From assembly GCA_965276665.1 (NCBI GenBank), contig OZ255620.1:2726291-2790290 (forward strand): DNA of 64,000 nt, given 5' to 3'. Source of the stretch: Acetobacteraceae bacterium (lineage in GTDB: Bacteria; Pseudomonadota; Alphaproteobacteria; Acetobacterales; Acetobacteraceae). The notes beneath the pieces are model-generated. The model had not been told where the DNA came from, did no database searches, and was given only the letters and a program-made list of their open reading frames with translations. A program made the position numbers and the translations under genes. Below are positions 19,501 through 28,766 of the stretch, piece after piece (the first letter of the stretch is position 1; every line of letters begins with the position of its first letter).

Positions 19501-20554
19501 CGGCGACACGATCCGCATCGCCCGGTTCACCGCGCAGGCCGGCCCCGGCACCATCTCGGCTTCCGGCACGGTCGGCACCGCGGCGCCGATGCCGGTCGAC
19601 CTCACGCTCACCATGCGCGATGCGCGGCCGCTGTCGAGCGATCTGCTGACCGCCGAGCTCGATGCCGATCTCACCCTGCGCGGGCAGGTGGCCGGCGCGC
19701 TGGCCGCCGGCGGCACGGTCAGGATCCGGCGGGCGGATATCCGGGTGCCGGACAAGCTGCCGACCTCGGTGGCGGTGCTCAACGTGCGCGATGCCGGCGC
19801 GCCGCCGCCGCCGGCGCCCTCGCCCGGCCCGAACATCACGCTCGACGTGACGGTCTCGGCCTCGCAGGCCATCTTCATCCGCGGGCATGGGCTGGATGCC
19901 GAAATGGCGGGACGGCTGCATGTCGGCGGCACCGCGTCGGCCCCCGAGCCGAGCGGCGGGTTCAAGATGCGGGAGGGAACGTTCAGCCTCGCCGGGACCA
20001 CGCTGACCTTCACCACCGGCGAGATCGGGTTCGATGGCAGCGGGCTGCGACGCAAGATCGACCCGACGCTGAACTTCCTGGCCACCAGCACCACGAGCAA
20101 CATCACCGCGAGCCTGGCGGTGACCGGCTATGCGGATGCGCCGAAATTCGCCCTGACCTCGGTGCCAGAGCTCCCGCAGGACGAGGTGCTGTCGCAGCTG
20201 CTGTTCGGCCGGAGTGCGCGGGATCTCGGACCGTTCGAATATGCCGAGATCGCGCAGGCGCTGGCGCAGCTGTCCGGGGTGGGGGGTTCGGCCTCCGACC
20301 CGCTGAACTCGGTCCGCCAGGGGCTCGGGCTCGACCGGCTGGCCGTCGGCACCGATGCCGCGGGCGGCCCGACCCTGCAGGGTGGCCGCTATATCGCGCG
20401 CGGCGTCTATCTCGGCGCGCAGCAGGGCGCCGGCGGCGACACCGCCGGCAATCTGCAGATCGACCTCTACAAGGGCCTCAAGCTGCAGACGACTGTCGGC
20501 AGCAGCGCCAGCGGCGGCAGCAGCCTGGGACTCACCTACCAATTCCAATACTAG
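16556..20554 (+). CDS. tamB: Translocation and assembly module protein TamB (DUF490)
   Basis: 1332 aa; N-terminal TM anchor; repetitive beta-rich body; conserved C-terminal GRYIARGVYLG...LGLTYQFQY; 4-nt overlap with tamA. Confidence 0.85.
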   Translation: MMRGLRIAGKLLAWIVGAAIAVPVALVLAVLVFANIPAGQRLIAREIGPLSAGLARVSGLSGRFPDALRVAHVTLHDPGGDWLTINDIRLDWSPLRLISRLAQIDDLTVGEIHVLRLPQSAPAPAPAKPASSTPFGLPVRVAVERLRVEKLAIDPPVADAAAALRIAGSAHLATLQQGDLSLDVTRLDGPGHYAVSGKFDAAHIKAALEASEPAGGLVASLGHLPALGALAVHATVDGPRSAEATHLTLAAGPLRAAADGTVDIVGQSADLAVTASAPPMAPRADTSWQSVAIDAHVHGPFTKPDASGHVAVAGLKAGGAAIDRFEADIAGNQGQVTLKASIAGLVIPGPKPDLLQASPLLLSAQARLDTPDRPVTFSLAHPLIAADGTAQTGGALAATLHLRLPDLAPFAAIGGIDLHGSTDLTVQAAERGAGEQVAIDGGLALTGGMAQPVALIGPGGKIGTTIALDGGNITISRFDLAGKALHLTAHGTDNGGALDVDYALDLPDMTAVVPTVNGTVGITGHAQGQQTDLAVTTDIKGDLGAPGVPRAPVTAHLALSGLPGAPQGDVTAAGAFDGAPLSLAVHASRAADGGLTAEITRADWRSLHAEGKFTLPKGATLPLGQAELRMTRLDDLRPVIGQAVSGSVQATIALDTGLAKLNLEARDAGLPGDHVGRATVTATVRDPLGNAAVDAQANIDGIAAAGIGGQARITVTGPKDAIGIRLAAGLTGLAGSDAKITGAASVNVTAKQATLSALSVDWHDEPVRLLAPVRVSFGDGVSVDRLRIGIRQATLDLAGRITPKLDLTAGLHNLTADLAKPFAPSLAADGSASVDAKLAGSLAAPTGTVRLRAAGIRMRSGPGRSLPPATLAADLDLAGTSARVDARLAAGSTHLAVTGTAPLSAGGPMNLHATGAVDLALSDPILTASGRRMRGNVTLDATATGAPTAPRIAGSVRLANGEFQDYAQGAHLTNIAAEIDGTGDTIRIARFTAQAGPGTISASGTVGTAAPMPVDLTLTMRDARPLSSDLLTAELDADLTLRGQVAGALAAGGTVRIRRADIRVPDKLPTSVAVLNVRDAGAPPPPAPSPGPNITLDVTVSASQAIFIRGHGLDAEMAGRLHVGGTASAPEPSGGFKMREGTFSLAGTTLTFTTGEIGFDGSGLRRKIDPTLNFLATSTTSNITASLAVTGYADAPKFALTSVPELPQDEVLSQLLFGRSARDLGPFEYAEIAQALAQLSGVGGSASDPLNSVRQGLGLDRLAVGTDAAGGPTLQGGRYIARGVYLGAQQGAGGDTAGNLQIDLYKGLKLQTTVGSSASGGSSLGLTYQFQY

Positions 20555-20691
20555 GCTGTTCGGAAACGCGGTCTGGCGGCCATCTGACGCGCTTCTCCTG
20601 TGCCCCGGTGCTCACGGCCGAGAAGGCCGTTCCGCTCCGGTACTCACAAAATCACGCCAGCTGACTCACCAGACCGCGTTTCCGAACAGCC
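20554..20691. repeat. MITE-like repeat family B, full copy with perfect 23-bp terminal inverted repeats
   Basis: ggctgttcggaaacgcggtctgg ... ccagaccgcgtttccgaacagcc. Confidence 0.85.
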
Positions 20692-20705
20692 TCGGGAACC
20701 TCGCC

Positions 20706-20827
20706 TTGCTTCGCGCGAAGCGCAATCAAACGCTCGACCACATCCGGCTTCGCCAATCTTCCACCGGCCTGTATCGGGTTCTAAGGGCGACTGCCCTTAG
20801 TGGGGTCCAGGGGCAGCGCCCCTGGCC
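20706..20827. repeat. Repeat family A, partial copy (M3 + M4 modules)
   Basis: gcttcgcgcgaagcgcaatc ... gggttctaagggcgactgcccttagtggggtccaggggcagcgcccctggcc. Confidence 0.7.
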
Positions 20828-22261
20828 TTACCCCTGCTCCAACGCCCCGAACACGCCCCGCTCATGCAGGGCGCGCATCGCCGCGAGAACCGGCTCCCGG
20901 CCGGGGAAGTCGCTGCCGAAGATATCGGTGTGCGCCAGCATGCGGTCGACCAGGATGTCGGGCGGCGATCCGGCGAGGGCGGCGGTTTCGGCGGCGACCG
21001 GGTCGCGCAGGGCGATGCGGCGCCCGGTGAGATCGACGCCGGTGGCGAGCTGCATCCAGGCGGCGAGGACGAGGGCGATGCAGGGGACCGGCTGGCCGGC
21101 GGCGATGGTCTCGCGCATCGGCGCGATTAGGCGGAGCGGCAGCTTGCGGCTGCTGTCCTCGGCGATCTGCGTCAGCCGGTGGACGATCCCGCGATTGCCC
21201 CAGCGGGCGATCGTCGCCTCGACATAGGCGGCGGCATCCGGGGCGCCCGGCGGCAAGGTCGGCGCGGTCTCGGTGAGCAGCAGTCGGCGGACGAAGCTCT
21301 CGAGCCGGGCTTCGCGGATCGCGTCCCCGACATTGGAGAGGCCGGCGAGCAGGCCCAGGCAGGCGAGCGCGGAGTGGCCGGCATTGAGCAGCCGGAGCTT
21401 CGCCGCCTCGTAGGGCGCGACATCGGAGACGAATTCCGCGCCGCCGGCTTCCCAGCGCGGGCGCGGACCGTCGAAACCCTCGATCGCCCATTGCAGGAAG
21501 GGCTCGGCGACCACGGTCGCGCTGTCGGCGAGGCCGGTGAAGGCGCTCGCCTCGGCGCGGTCGGCGCCGGTGGCGGCGGGCACGATGCGGTCCACCATCG
21601 TGCAGGGAAACCGCACGTCCGCCTCGATCCAGCGGGCGAGCGCCTCGTCGCCGCCGAGGGCGGCGAAGTCCGCCGCCGCGCGGCCGAGCGCCCGCCCGTT
21701 GCCGGCCAGATTGTCGCAGGAAAGCACAATTGGCGGCGCCGTCCCGCTGGCCCGGGAGGCGGCGAGGCCGGCGACCAGCAGCCCGATCGCGCTCTGCGGC
21801 GCCGCGCCGTCGCTGTCATGGACGATGTCGGAATGCCTTGTGTCGAGGCGCAGCGTCGCCGGGTCGAGGCAATAGCCTTTCTCGGTGATGGTGAGCGTGA
21901 CGATGCGGGCGGCGGCGATGGCGGCGATGAAGGGCGCCGGGTCGGTTCGGGTGAAGACGACCGAGCGCAGCGTGCCGATGATCTCGGCTGACGCGCGATC
22001 CCCGTCACGGGTCAGCAGGGTGTAGAGTCCGTCCTGCGGCGTGAGCGCTTCAGGGGTGGCGGGGGAGACGAGGCTCGCTGCGGCGATGCCCCAGTCGCCG
22101 GGCTCCGCGGCGATCGCGCGCTGCGTGGCGAGCGCCTGGTGCGCCCGCATGAAGGCGCCGCAGCCGAGATGGGCGATGCCGATGCCGAGCTCTGCCGGGT
22201 CGAAGCCGGGCAGCGCCGTCCCCGGCAGGGCCGAGCGGAACGAGTCGAGAGAGAGACGCAC
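20828..22261 (-). CDS. Mannitol dehydrogenase family oxidoreductase (mannitol 2-dehydrogenase / fructuronate reductase-like)
   Basis: 477 aa; GIAHLGCGAFMRAHQA N-terminal Rossmann motif; family-typical length. Confidence 0.85.
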   Translation of the reverse strand: MRLSLDSFRSALPGTALPGFDPAELGIGIAHLGCGAFMRAHQALATQRAIAAEPGDWGIAAASLVSPATPEALTPQDGLYTLLTRDGDRASAEIIGTLRSVVFTRTDPAPFIAAIAAARIVTLTITEKGYCLDPATLRLDTRHSDIVHDSDGAAPQSAIGLLVAGLAASRASGTAPPIVLSCDNLAGNGRALGRAAADFAALGGDEALARWIEADVRFPCTMVDRIVPAATGADRAEASAFTGLADSATVVAEPFLQWAIEGFDGPRPRWEAGGAEFVSDVAPYEAAKLRLLNAGHSALACLGLLAGLSNVGDAIREARLESFVRRLLLTETAPTLPPGAPDAAAYVEATIARWGNRGIVHRLTQIAEDSSRKLPLRLIAPMRETIAAGQPVPCIALVLAAWMQLATGVDLTGRRIALRDPVAAETAALAGSPPDILVDRMLAHTDIFGSDFPGREPVLAAMRALHERGVFGALEQG

Positions 22262-22272
22262 GTATCAGCGCG

Positions 22273-22524
22273 CTACCCGCCGAGCATGGCGAGGATGCGT
22301 TCGAGCCGTGTCCCGATTTCGTCGAGCCGCTCGGAGAGCCGCATCTGCGCCAGCTCGACGTTGGAAAGCCTGACGCCCATCTCGTTGAGCTGGGCGTGCG
22401 AAGTCGCCATCACCGCATCGAAGACCGCCCGCATCGCGACCTGCTCGCGCCTGGCGTCGTCGGTGGTGGCTTGTACCCGTGCCAGCACCGCGCTGAGCTG
22501 TTTGGGGTCCAAATTATCCGCCAT
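22273..22524 (-). CDS. Small hypothetical coiled-coil protein (83 aa)
   Basis: ORF only; heptad-like Leu/Glu/Arg composition; 12 nt upstream of the mannitol dehydrogenase gene. Confidence 0.4.
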   Translation of the reverse strand: MADNLDPKQLSAVLARVQATTDDARREQVAMRAVFDAVMATSHAQLNEMGVRLSNVELAQMRLSERLDEIGTRLERILAMLGG

Positions 22525-22989
22525 TCCGAGATCCTAGCCTGTGTTGAGCGTCACTAACAGGGATGCTGCCGTTGCGCAGCAGGAAGGTCCCGTAACGCGC
22601 CGCATACGCTGCCGTAACGACATATTTGCGGCATGGTCGCGAATCTGATCAAGAGCCATTCCGGGGCACTCCTAGAGGGGGTGTCACCGGGCCGGGTGCA
22701 TCGGCCGCTTCCGCGCCTCCCGCCCGCTCGCTCCGGCGATATCGCCGAGCACGAACACCATGATGAAGAAATCGAACGCGGCCAGCGTTCAGCCGAGATA
22801 GCAGGCGGCGAGCACATGCGCCTGCTGTCGCCGCTCGGACCGAAGCGGCGCCGTGCCCTCGCTCATGCAAACTGCCCTCACCAGCCTTCAATTCTGGCCG
22901 AAGCGCGGGCGAGCCGCATCCGCCCTTCCGGTTTACGGATGCGTGCCGGCGGGGGAGACTGCGCCATTCCCTCCCACGGAGAGCAAGAC

Positions 22990-23928
22990 ATGGACATCCG
23001 CAACCTCGGCACGTCGGGCCTGCGCGTCTCGGCGATCGGCCTCGGCTGCAACAATTTCGGCGCCCGCATCGACAAGGCCGCCTCGGCGGCGGTGATCGAC
23101 GCCGCTTTCGACCATGGCATCACCCTGTTCGACACCGCGGACGTGTACGGCGAGCGCGGCGGGTCGGAGACGGTGATGGGCGAGCTGCTCGGAGACCGGC
23201 GGAAGGAGATCGTGCTCGCCACCAAGTTCGGCCTGCCGATGGATGACGCCGAGGTGAAGCGCGGCGGCAGCCGGCGCTATATCATGCAGGCGGTGGAGGA
23301 CAGCCTGCGCCGTCTCCGTACCGACTGGATCGACCTCTACCAGCTCCACCGCCGCGACGCGCTGACCCCGATCGAGGAGACGCTGCGCGCGCTGGAGGAT
23401 CTCGTCCGCCAGGGCAAGATCCGTTACATCGGCTGCTCCAACGTGCCGGCCTGGGAGGTGGTGGAGGCCGACTGGACGGCGCGGACCAGCCATCTCTCGC
23501 GCTTCGTCTCCTGCCAGGACGAATATTCCCTGCTGGTGCGCGGGATCGAGGCGGAGCTGATGCCGGCGGCGCGAAAATACGGGCTCGGGCTGCTGCCCTA
23601 CTTCCCGCTGGCCAGCGGCCTGCTCACCGGCAAATACCGCCGCAACGCGCCGATGCCCCAGGATGCGCGGCTCACCAAGACCCAGCGCCTGGCGGAGCGC
23701 TACATCACCGACCGCAACTGGCCGATCGTCGAGAAGCTCGCCGATTTCGCGGAGAAGAACGGCCACAGCATGCTGGAGCTCGCCTTCTCCTGGCTGCTCG
23801 CGCAGGCGCCGGTCTCGAGCGTCATCGCCGGGGCGACCCGGCCAGAGCAGATCGCCCAGAACGTCGCGGCCGGCGCCTGGGCGCTGACGCCGGAGCAGCT
23901 CGTGGAGATCGACACGTTGACCAGGTGA
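22990..23928 (+). CDS. Aldo/keto reductase
   Basis: MDIRNLGTSGLRVSAIGLGCNNFG, FDTADVYG and later AKR motifs; internal ATG of ORF 22633..23928. Confidence 0.9.
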   Translation: MDIRNLGTSGLRVSAIGLGCNNFGARIDKAASAAVIDAAFDHGITLFDTADVYGERGGSETVMGELLGDRRKEIVLATKFGLPMDDAEVKRGGSRRYIMQAVEDSLRRLRTDWIDLYQLHRRDALTPIEETLRALEDLVRQGKIRYIGCSNVPAWEVVEADWTARTSHLSRFVSCQDEYSLLVRGIEAELMPAARKYGLGLLPYFPLASGLLTGKYRRNAPMPQDARLTKTQRLAERYITDRNWPIVEKLADFAEKNGHSMLELAFSWLLAQAPVSSVIAGATRPEQIAQNVAAGAWALTPEQLVEIDTLTR

Positions 23929-24212
23929 GTTCTGCGGGAAAGCGCGCGGGTGTGAAGCGCGGGCGGGCAAGTTCGAGCGGCAAGCGGCGGGAAAACTCTT
24001 GCGCCCGACTCGCTTCACCCCACATGCTCCGGCATCCGCAACCAACTGAAAGGAGGTGATCCAGTGTCTCATTGTTTGTCGCCGATGGATGGGATGTCCT
24101 GGATGATTCTCCGCGGGCACACGCTCGCGGCCTGATCGCCCTCCAGGCGGCCGTCCTGTGGCCGTCAGCAATGGGAAGGCTCCGGCGTTAGCCGGGGCCT
24201 TCCGTGTTTTGA

Positions 24213-24347
24213 GGCCGGTGAAAACGCGATCTGGCGGCCATTTGACGCGCTTTCCTGTGCTCCTGTGCTCACGGCCGAGAAGGCCGCTCCGCTCCGGTGC
24301 TCGGAAAATCACGCCAGCTGACCCACCAGATTGCGTTTTCACCAGCC
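24213..24347. repeat. MITE-like repeat family B, full copy
   Basis: ggccggtgaaaacgcgatctgg ... ccagattgcgttttcaccagcc; interior aligns with 20554..20691. Confidence 0.8.
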
Positions 24348-24475
24348 TCTTGCTGTCGTTGACCGACTCGGAAGTCGGTTTGGCAGTCGGCCTTTGATCC
24401 GACCATCGCTGCTCCGTTGCGGAAGGCCACGCCGGGTGGCAGCCTGCGCCTTGCGAGGGCGACAGGGGCGGTTGG

Positions 24476-25186
24476 ATGGCGGTGAGCAAGGTGTTCCCGA
24501 GCGCGGGCGAGGCACTCGCCGATCTGCTGCGCGACGGCATGACGATCATGTCCGGCGGGTTCGGCCTTTGCGGCATTCCCGGCGCGTTGATCGAGGCGAT
24601 CCGCGCCTCCGGGACGAAGGATCTCACCTGCATCTCCAACAATGCCGGCATCGACGATGCCGGCCTCGGCCTGCTGCTGCAGACCCGCCAGGTGCGCCGG
24701 ATGATCAGCTCCTATGTCGGCGAGAACGCGCTGTTCGCGCAGCAATATCTCGACGGCGTGCTGGAGATCGAGTTCAACCCGCAAGGCACGCTCGCCGAGC
24801 GCATCCGCGCCGGGGGTGCCGGCATACCCGCCTTCTTCACTCGCACCGGCGCCGGCACCGAGGTCGCCCGCGGCAAGGAGGAGCGCGAATTCGACGGCGT
24901 GCGCTACGTGATGGAGCGCGCGCTGTTCGCCGATCTCGCGATCATCCATGCCTGGAAGGCCGATACCGAGGGCAACCTCGTGTTCCGCAAGACGGCGCGG
25001 AACTTCAACCCGATCATGGCAACGGCCGCCAAGGCAACGGTGGTGGAGGTGGAGCATTTAGTGGAGCCGGGCACGCTCGACCCGGACCACATCGTCACCC
25101 CCGGCATCTTCGTCCAGCGCATCGTCAAGCTCGACCGCGTGGAGAAGCCCATAGAGCGGCGGACGACGCGCAAGCGCGCGGCTTGA
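24476..25186 (+). CDS. scoA: 3-oxoacid CoA-transferase subunit A
   Basis: 236 aa; [15 protein letters not shown] motif. Confidence 0.9.
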   Translation: MAVSKVFPSAGEALADLLRDGMTIMSGGFGLCGIPGALIEAIRASGTKDLTCISNNAGIDDAGLGLLLQTRQVRRMISSYVGENALFAQQYLDGVLEIEFNPQGTLAERIRAGGAGIPAFFTRTGAGTEVARGKEEREFDGVRYVMERALFADLAIIHAWKADTEGNLVFRKTARNFNPIMATAAKATVVEVEHLVEPGTLDPDHIVTPGIFVQRIVKLDRVEKPIERRTTRKRAA

Positions 25187-25244
25187 GGAAGGCCAGGCGG
25201 CGAAACCCTCGGCCCGGTTCGAAACCCGCTTCAAGGAGGCCGCA

Positions 25245-25895
25245 ATGCCCTGGACCCGCGACCAGATGGCCGCCCGCGCCGCGCAGGAATTGCGCGACGG
25301 GTTCTACGTCAATCTCGGCATCGGCATCCCGACGCTGGTGGCGAACCACATTCCGTCCGGCATGACGATCCAGCTGCATAGCGAGAACGGCATGCTGGGG
25401 ATGGGCCCGTTCCCCTATGAGGGCGAGGAGGATGCGGACGTCATCAATGCCGGCAAGCAGACGGTGACCGAGCTCCCCACCACCAGCTTCTTCGACAGCG
25501 CCGCCTCCTTCGCGATGGTGCGGGGCGGCCATATCGGTCTCTCCATCCTGGGCGCGCTGCAGGTGGCCGAGAACGGCGACCTCGCGAACTGGATGATCCC
25601 CGGCAAGATGGTGAAAGGGATGGGCGGCGCGATGGACCTCGTCGCCGGCGTTCCCCGCGTGGTGGTGCTGATGGAGCATGCGGCCCGCGACGGCACGCCC
25701 AAGATCCTGAAACGCTGCACCTTGCCGCTGACCGGTGCCGGGGTGGTGAACCTGATCGTCACCGATCTCGGCGTGCTGGACGTGGGCGATGACGGCCTGA
25801 CCCTGGTCGACATCGCCCCCGGCGTCACGGTGGGCCACCTCCGCGCGCAAACCGAGGCAAGCTTCAAAATACACCCCGACCTGTCACCGTCTTGA
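25245..25895 (+). CDS. scoB: 3-oxoacid CoA-transferase subunit B
   Basis: 216 aa; [14 protein letters not shown] and SENG catalytic-Glu region. Confidence 0.9.
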   Translation: MPWTRDQMAARAAQELRDGFYVNLGIGIPTLVANHIPSGMTIQLHSENGMLGMGPFPYEGEEDADVINAGKQTVTELPTTSFFDSAASFAMVRGGHIGLSILGALQVAENGDLANWMIPGKMVKGMGGAMDLVAGVPRVVVLMEHAARDGTPKILKRCTLPLTGAGVVNLIVTDLGVLDVGDDGLTLVDIAPGVTVGHLRAQTEASFKIHPDLSPS

Positions 25896-25933
25896 TCCCC
25901 CGCCCGACAGCGGGCTATATGCGCCACCCGCAC

Positions 25934-26009
25934 GGGGCCATAGCTCAGTTGGGAGAGCGCCTGAATGGCATTCAGGAGGTCAGGGGTTCGACTCCCCTTG
26001 GCTCCACCA
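25934..26009 (+). tRNA. tRNA-Ala (anticodon GGC), CCA encoded
   Basis: Hand-folded cloverleaf: acceptor GGGGCCA/TGGCTCC with the G3:U70 Ala identity pair, anticodon loop atGGCat, T-arm ggggttcgactcccc. Confidence 0.95.
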
Positions 26010-26065
26010 TCGCCCGCCCCTAAGTGTCTGAAATGTCTTGTGTGTAGATTGCCATTTCGGGCGCA

Positions 26066-26086
26066 GCATACGTTTTGGCATACGTT
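26066..26086 (+). repeat. Tandem GCATACGTT x2, candidate integrase arm-type site (attL side)
   Basis: gcatacgttttggcatacgtt; near-identical to 37749..37769. Confidence 0.55.
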
Positions 26087-26179
26087 CGTCTCGCTTTTTG
26101 GGGTGCTTGCGAAGTCGATCCCTCGGGGTGGCGAGGCAGTGCTATCCGTTCACCGCGCCCCACCGCATACAACTCCTGC

Positions 26180-26665
26180 ATGTCCCGCACGCGCCCCACC
26201 GTCCCCGCCCCCCCTGCAATCCGCCCCGTTGTCCCGCCGGCCCGCGGTCGGCCGCGCAAGGGCGAGATCGACGCGGACGCCATCCGCGCGCTCGCTGCGC
26301 TCGGGTTGAATGCAACGACCATTGCAGCGCGGCTCGGGTTATCCCGTAGAACGCTGTTCGAACGGCTGGCCGAGGATCCGGTCGCGCGCGCAGCATACGA
26401 TGTGGGGTTGGCCGATCTGGTCGCCACGGCCGGCGCAAAGCTGCGCGAGCTGATCGAGCAGGGCAACGTTGCGGCGGTCATTTTCACGCTGAAAACAAAA
26501 GGGGGCTGGCTTACGCCGCGCGAGGCGTCACCGGCGCTACCGGACGGTGGACCGGTGATCGACGCGAGTGTTGTGTACAGGGGCGGCGAGGCGCAGCGGG
26601 TGCTCCGTGAACGGCATGCGTTGGCGCTCGAGCACGGATTGGATCAGGGTGACGACAACGACTGA
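26180..26665 (+). CDS. HTH protein resembling phage small terminase subunits
   Basis: GRPRKGE..., HTH LNATTIAARLGLSRRTLFERL, and NVAAVIFTLKTKGGW, which resembles the IFWLKNR motif of TerS proteins; start at internal ATG 26180. Confidence 0.5.
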   Translation: MSRTRPTVPAPPAIRPVVPPARGRPRKGEIDADAIRALAALGLNATTIAARLGLSRRTLFERLAEDPVARAAYDVGLADLVATAGAKLRELIEQGNVAAVIFTLKTKGGWLTPREASPALPDGGPVIDASVVYRGGEAQRVLRERHALALEHGLDQGDDND

Positions 26666-27062
26666 GCTCGCGGTCGCAGAGCTAAGCACTCGTTCGATTG
26701 GTGAACTGGCATCATCCGGGCCCGTGCCGGCGCATCGAGGGGGCAGGCAATTCGTTCTCCGCCATGCATCGCGAAAATACTCCGTGGGCCATGGTCATCT
26801 GCCTGACTTGCAGGTGCGCCGAAGCGTGTCCCAGCCCGATCACGCGGTGGACGCCGCAGCCGCAATCCACTGCCACGTAGTGATCGCGCATCGTGCCGAC
26901 GAACGAGGCGAGGACGAGGGCTCGATCGTAGAGAGGCTCTCGCATGTAAGGAACGTATAGTGAACATAGGCTCGAGTCGAGTCCTAGGACTTACGCGCCG
27001 GCGACGGATCGAGGCGGCGGTGGCGGTGCCGGCGACGGCCCATTTTGCCGCCGGCATAACTG

Positions 27063-27635
27063 TTACGCCCGCAGCTCACCCGAAATACGTTCCGTGAGAA
27101 GGACATGTTCCTTGAAGGTGGCCAGCGCCAAAGTGGCAAGGTGCTGCCCCTGCAACTCCGCCATCTCGCTCGTGTCCTTCGAAGCGTTCTTCAAGTAGGC
27201 GGTGGCAAGCGCGCGCAGGAACTTGTGATTTTCGACCTGGGCCGTGATGTAGTCGCGATCGAAAGCCGCACCTTCATGGGCATTCGTGATCTTGGCCAAG
27301 GTTGCTTGCGCCATCGAGTCGGGCGCCGGCACGGGAGTGCCAAGCTCTTTGAGGACGGTGGTCACAGCGATAGCCTCCGTGAGCTCGAAACCCGCGAATT
27401 CCTTCACCATCGGGTTAGTGGCCCGCTCGACTGCGATCTTGCTAGTGGCGAGCGATAGCTCGGCAGGTCCGATCACGCCCGCGGCGAATTCCTTCGCGGT
27501 TCGAACGCCGGATACGTCCGGCATCGTCGGCGTCTCGGAAGCCTCCCGCGGTGACGACTGAGCCATGGCCGTGGCAATAGGAGCCACTGCCAGCGCGGCG
27601 GCGCTGGCCAGTACGGAACGTCGGTTCGTGAACAT
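27063..27635 (-). CDS. DUF4142 domain protein with signal peptide (island cargo)
   Basis: FDRDYITAQVENHKF motif shared with the paralogue at 44476..45042 (FDRDYVRSQISDHQ). Confidence 0.8.
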   Translation of the reverse strand: MFTNRRSVLASAAALAVAPIATAMAQSSPREASETPTMPDVSGVRTAKEFAAGVIGPAELSLATSKIAVERATNPMVKEFAGFELTEAIAVTTVLKELGTPVPAPDSMAQATLAKITNAHEGAAFDRDYITAQVENHKFLRALATAYLKNASKDTSEMAELQGQHLATLALATFKEHVLLTERISGELRA

Positions 27636-27845
27636 CTTCTGCTTTCTGGTAAGGCCATCGGCGGGATGCCGCGGCCGCCGGCACTCGCTTGCCTAAAGAC
27701 CGATGTTAAGCCGAAGTTCCTCTCCTAGTGTCGTGGTTCACGGGACGGCGCCTGTTTGTGGATTGTGCTCGTACTTATTTTTAGGGTATTATGTAGTTGA
27801 CAAACACGGCTAGCATGATAGGATTTCGGTTAAGGAGCCAAGCCG

Positions 27846-28766
27846 ATGTCCTTCCTGTCCGTCCCTTACTTCCACGACGAAGCCGCAGCCTACGCGGAGC
27901 TTGAGGCAACGCTGTGGCCGCATGGCCCCGTATGCCCGCGCTGCGGCGGGATGGATCGGATCACGGCCGTTAAGGGTGGCCGCATCGGTCTGTATCGCTG
28001 CGGCCCGTGCAAGCGCCAATTCACGGTCAAGGTCGGCACGGTTTTCGAGTCCAGCCATGTGCCGCTGAACCTGTGGCTGCAAGCGGTCTATCTGATGTGC
28101 AGCAGCAAGAAGGGCATTAGCAGTCACCAGCTCATGCGCATGCTCGACGTGCAATACAAGACGGCTTGGTTCATGACGCATCGCATTCGCGAGGCGATGA
28201 AGGATGGCAGCCTGTCGCCGCTGGGTGGCGCTGGCGTGACGGTCGAAATCGACGAGACCTTCATCGGCACAAAATACAAGAAGCCGGAAGGTGCTCGCGG
28301 CTATGCGCACAAGAACGCGGTTATGACGCTCGTGCAGCGTGGCGGCTCTGCGCGCTCCTTCCATGTTGACGGCACGAAAGCGAGCGATCTGCTTCCGATC
28401 ATCAAGGCGAACGTCGCGCCCGGCACGCACGTGATGACCGATGAGGCCGGTCAGTATGCGCATCTGAATAAGCACTTTGCGGCGCACGATTTCGTCCGCC
28501 ACGGCGCCGAGGAATACGGTCGCGGCCCGATCCACACGAACACCGTGGAGGGGTTCTATTCCGTGTTCAAACGCGGAATGAAGGGTGTGTATCAGCACTG
28601 CGCCGAGAAGCACCTGCACCGCTACATCGCGGAGTTCGATTTCCGGTATAATAACCGTTCCGCGTTCGGCGTGAACGACACTCAGCGCACGGCAAGCGCG
28701 CTGCGCCGTATCGTCGGCAAAAGGCTGACCTATCGAGGGCCTAATTCAGCCAAATCGGCGCAATAG
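27846..28766 (+). CDS. IS1595-family (ISXO2-like) transposase
   Basis: N-terminal zinc ribbon CPRCGG...CGPCKRQF and DDE region VEIDETFIG...MTDE...NTVEGFYS. Confidence 0.85.
   Translation: MSFLSVPYFHDEAAAYAELEATLWPHGPVCPRCGGMDRITAVKGGRIGLYRCGPCKRQFTVKVGTVFESSHVPLNLWLQAVYLMCSSKKGISSHQLMRMLDVQYKTAWFMTHRIREAMKDGSLSPLGGAGVTVEIDETFIGTKYKKPEGARGYAHKNAVMTLVQRGGSARSFHVDGTKASDLLPIIKANVAPGTHVMTDEAGQYAHLNKHFAAHDFVRHGAEEYGRGPIHTNTVEGFYSVFKRGMKGVYQHCAEKHLHRYIAEFDFRYNNRSAFGVNDTQRTASALRRIVGKRLTYRGPNSAKSAQ

Noticed and set aside
16532-20548. Long minus-strand ORFs (681 aa and 605 aa) and many shorter ones inside tamB
   Set aside because: Antisense to tamB with Arg/Gly-rich composition and no recognisable motifs.
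22633-22989. N-terminal extension of the aldo/keto reductase ORF
   Set aside because: AKR proteins begin close to the MDIRNLG... motif, and the upstream part has no coding character.
24049-24064. Match to the 16S rRNA 3' end
   Set aside because: Only 16 nt match, in antisense orientation, and nothing flanking resembles rRNA. I treated it as an extended Shine-Dalgarno, not an rRNA fragment.
22933-24651. 572-aa minus-strand ORF
   Set aside because: Overlaps the aldo/keto reductase gene, the family B repeat and the start of scoA on the opposite strand. The translation is low-complexity.
26712-26945. 77-aa minus-strand ORF (and overlapping 130-aa plus-strand ORF) in the island between the TerS-like and DUF4142 genes
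   Set aside because: No recognisable motif, competing ORFs on both strands, and no clear start context. It is possibly a gene remnant, so it was left unannotated.
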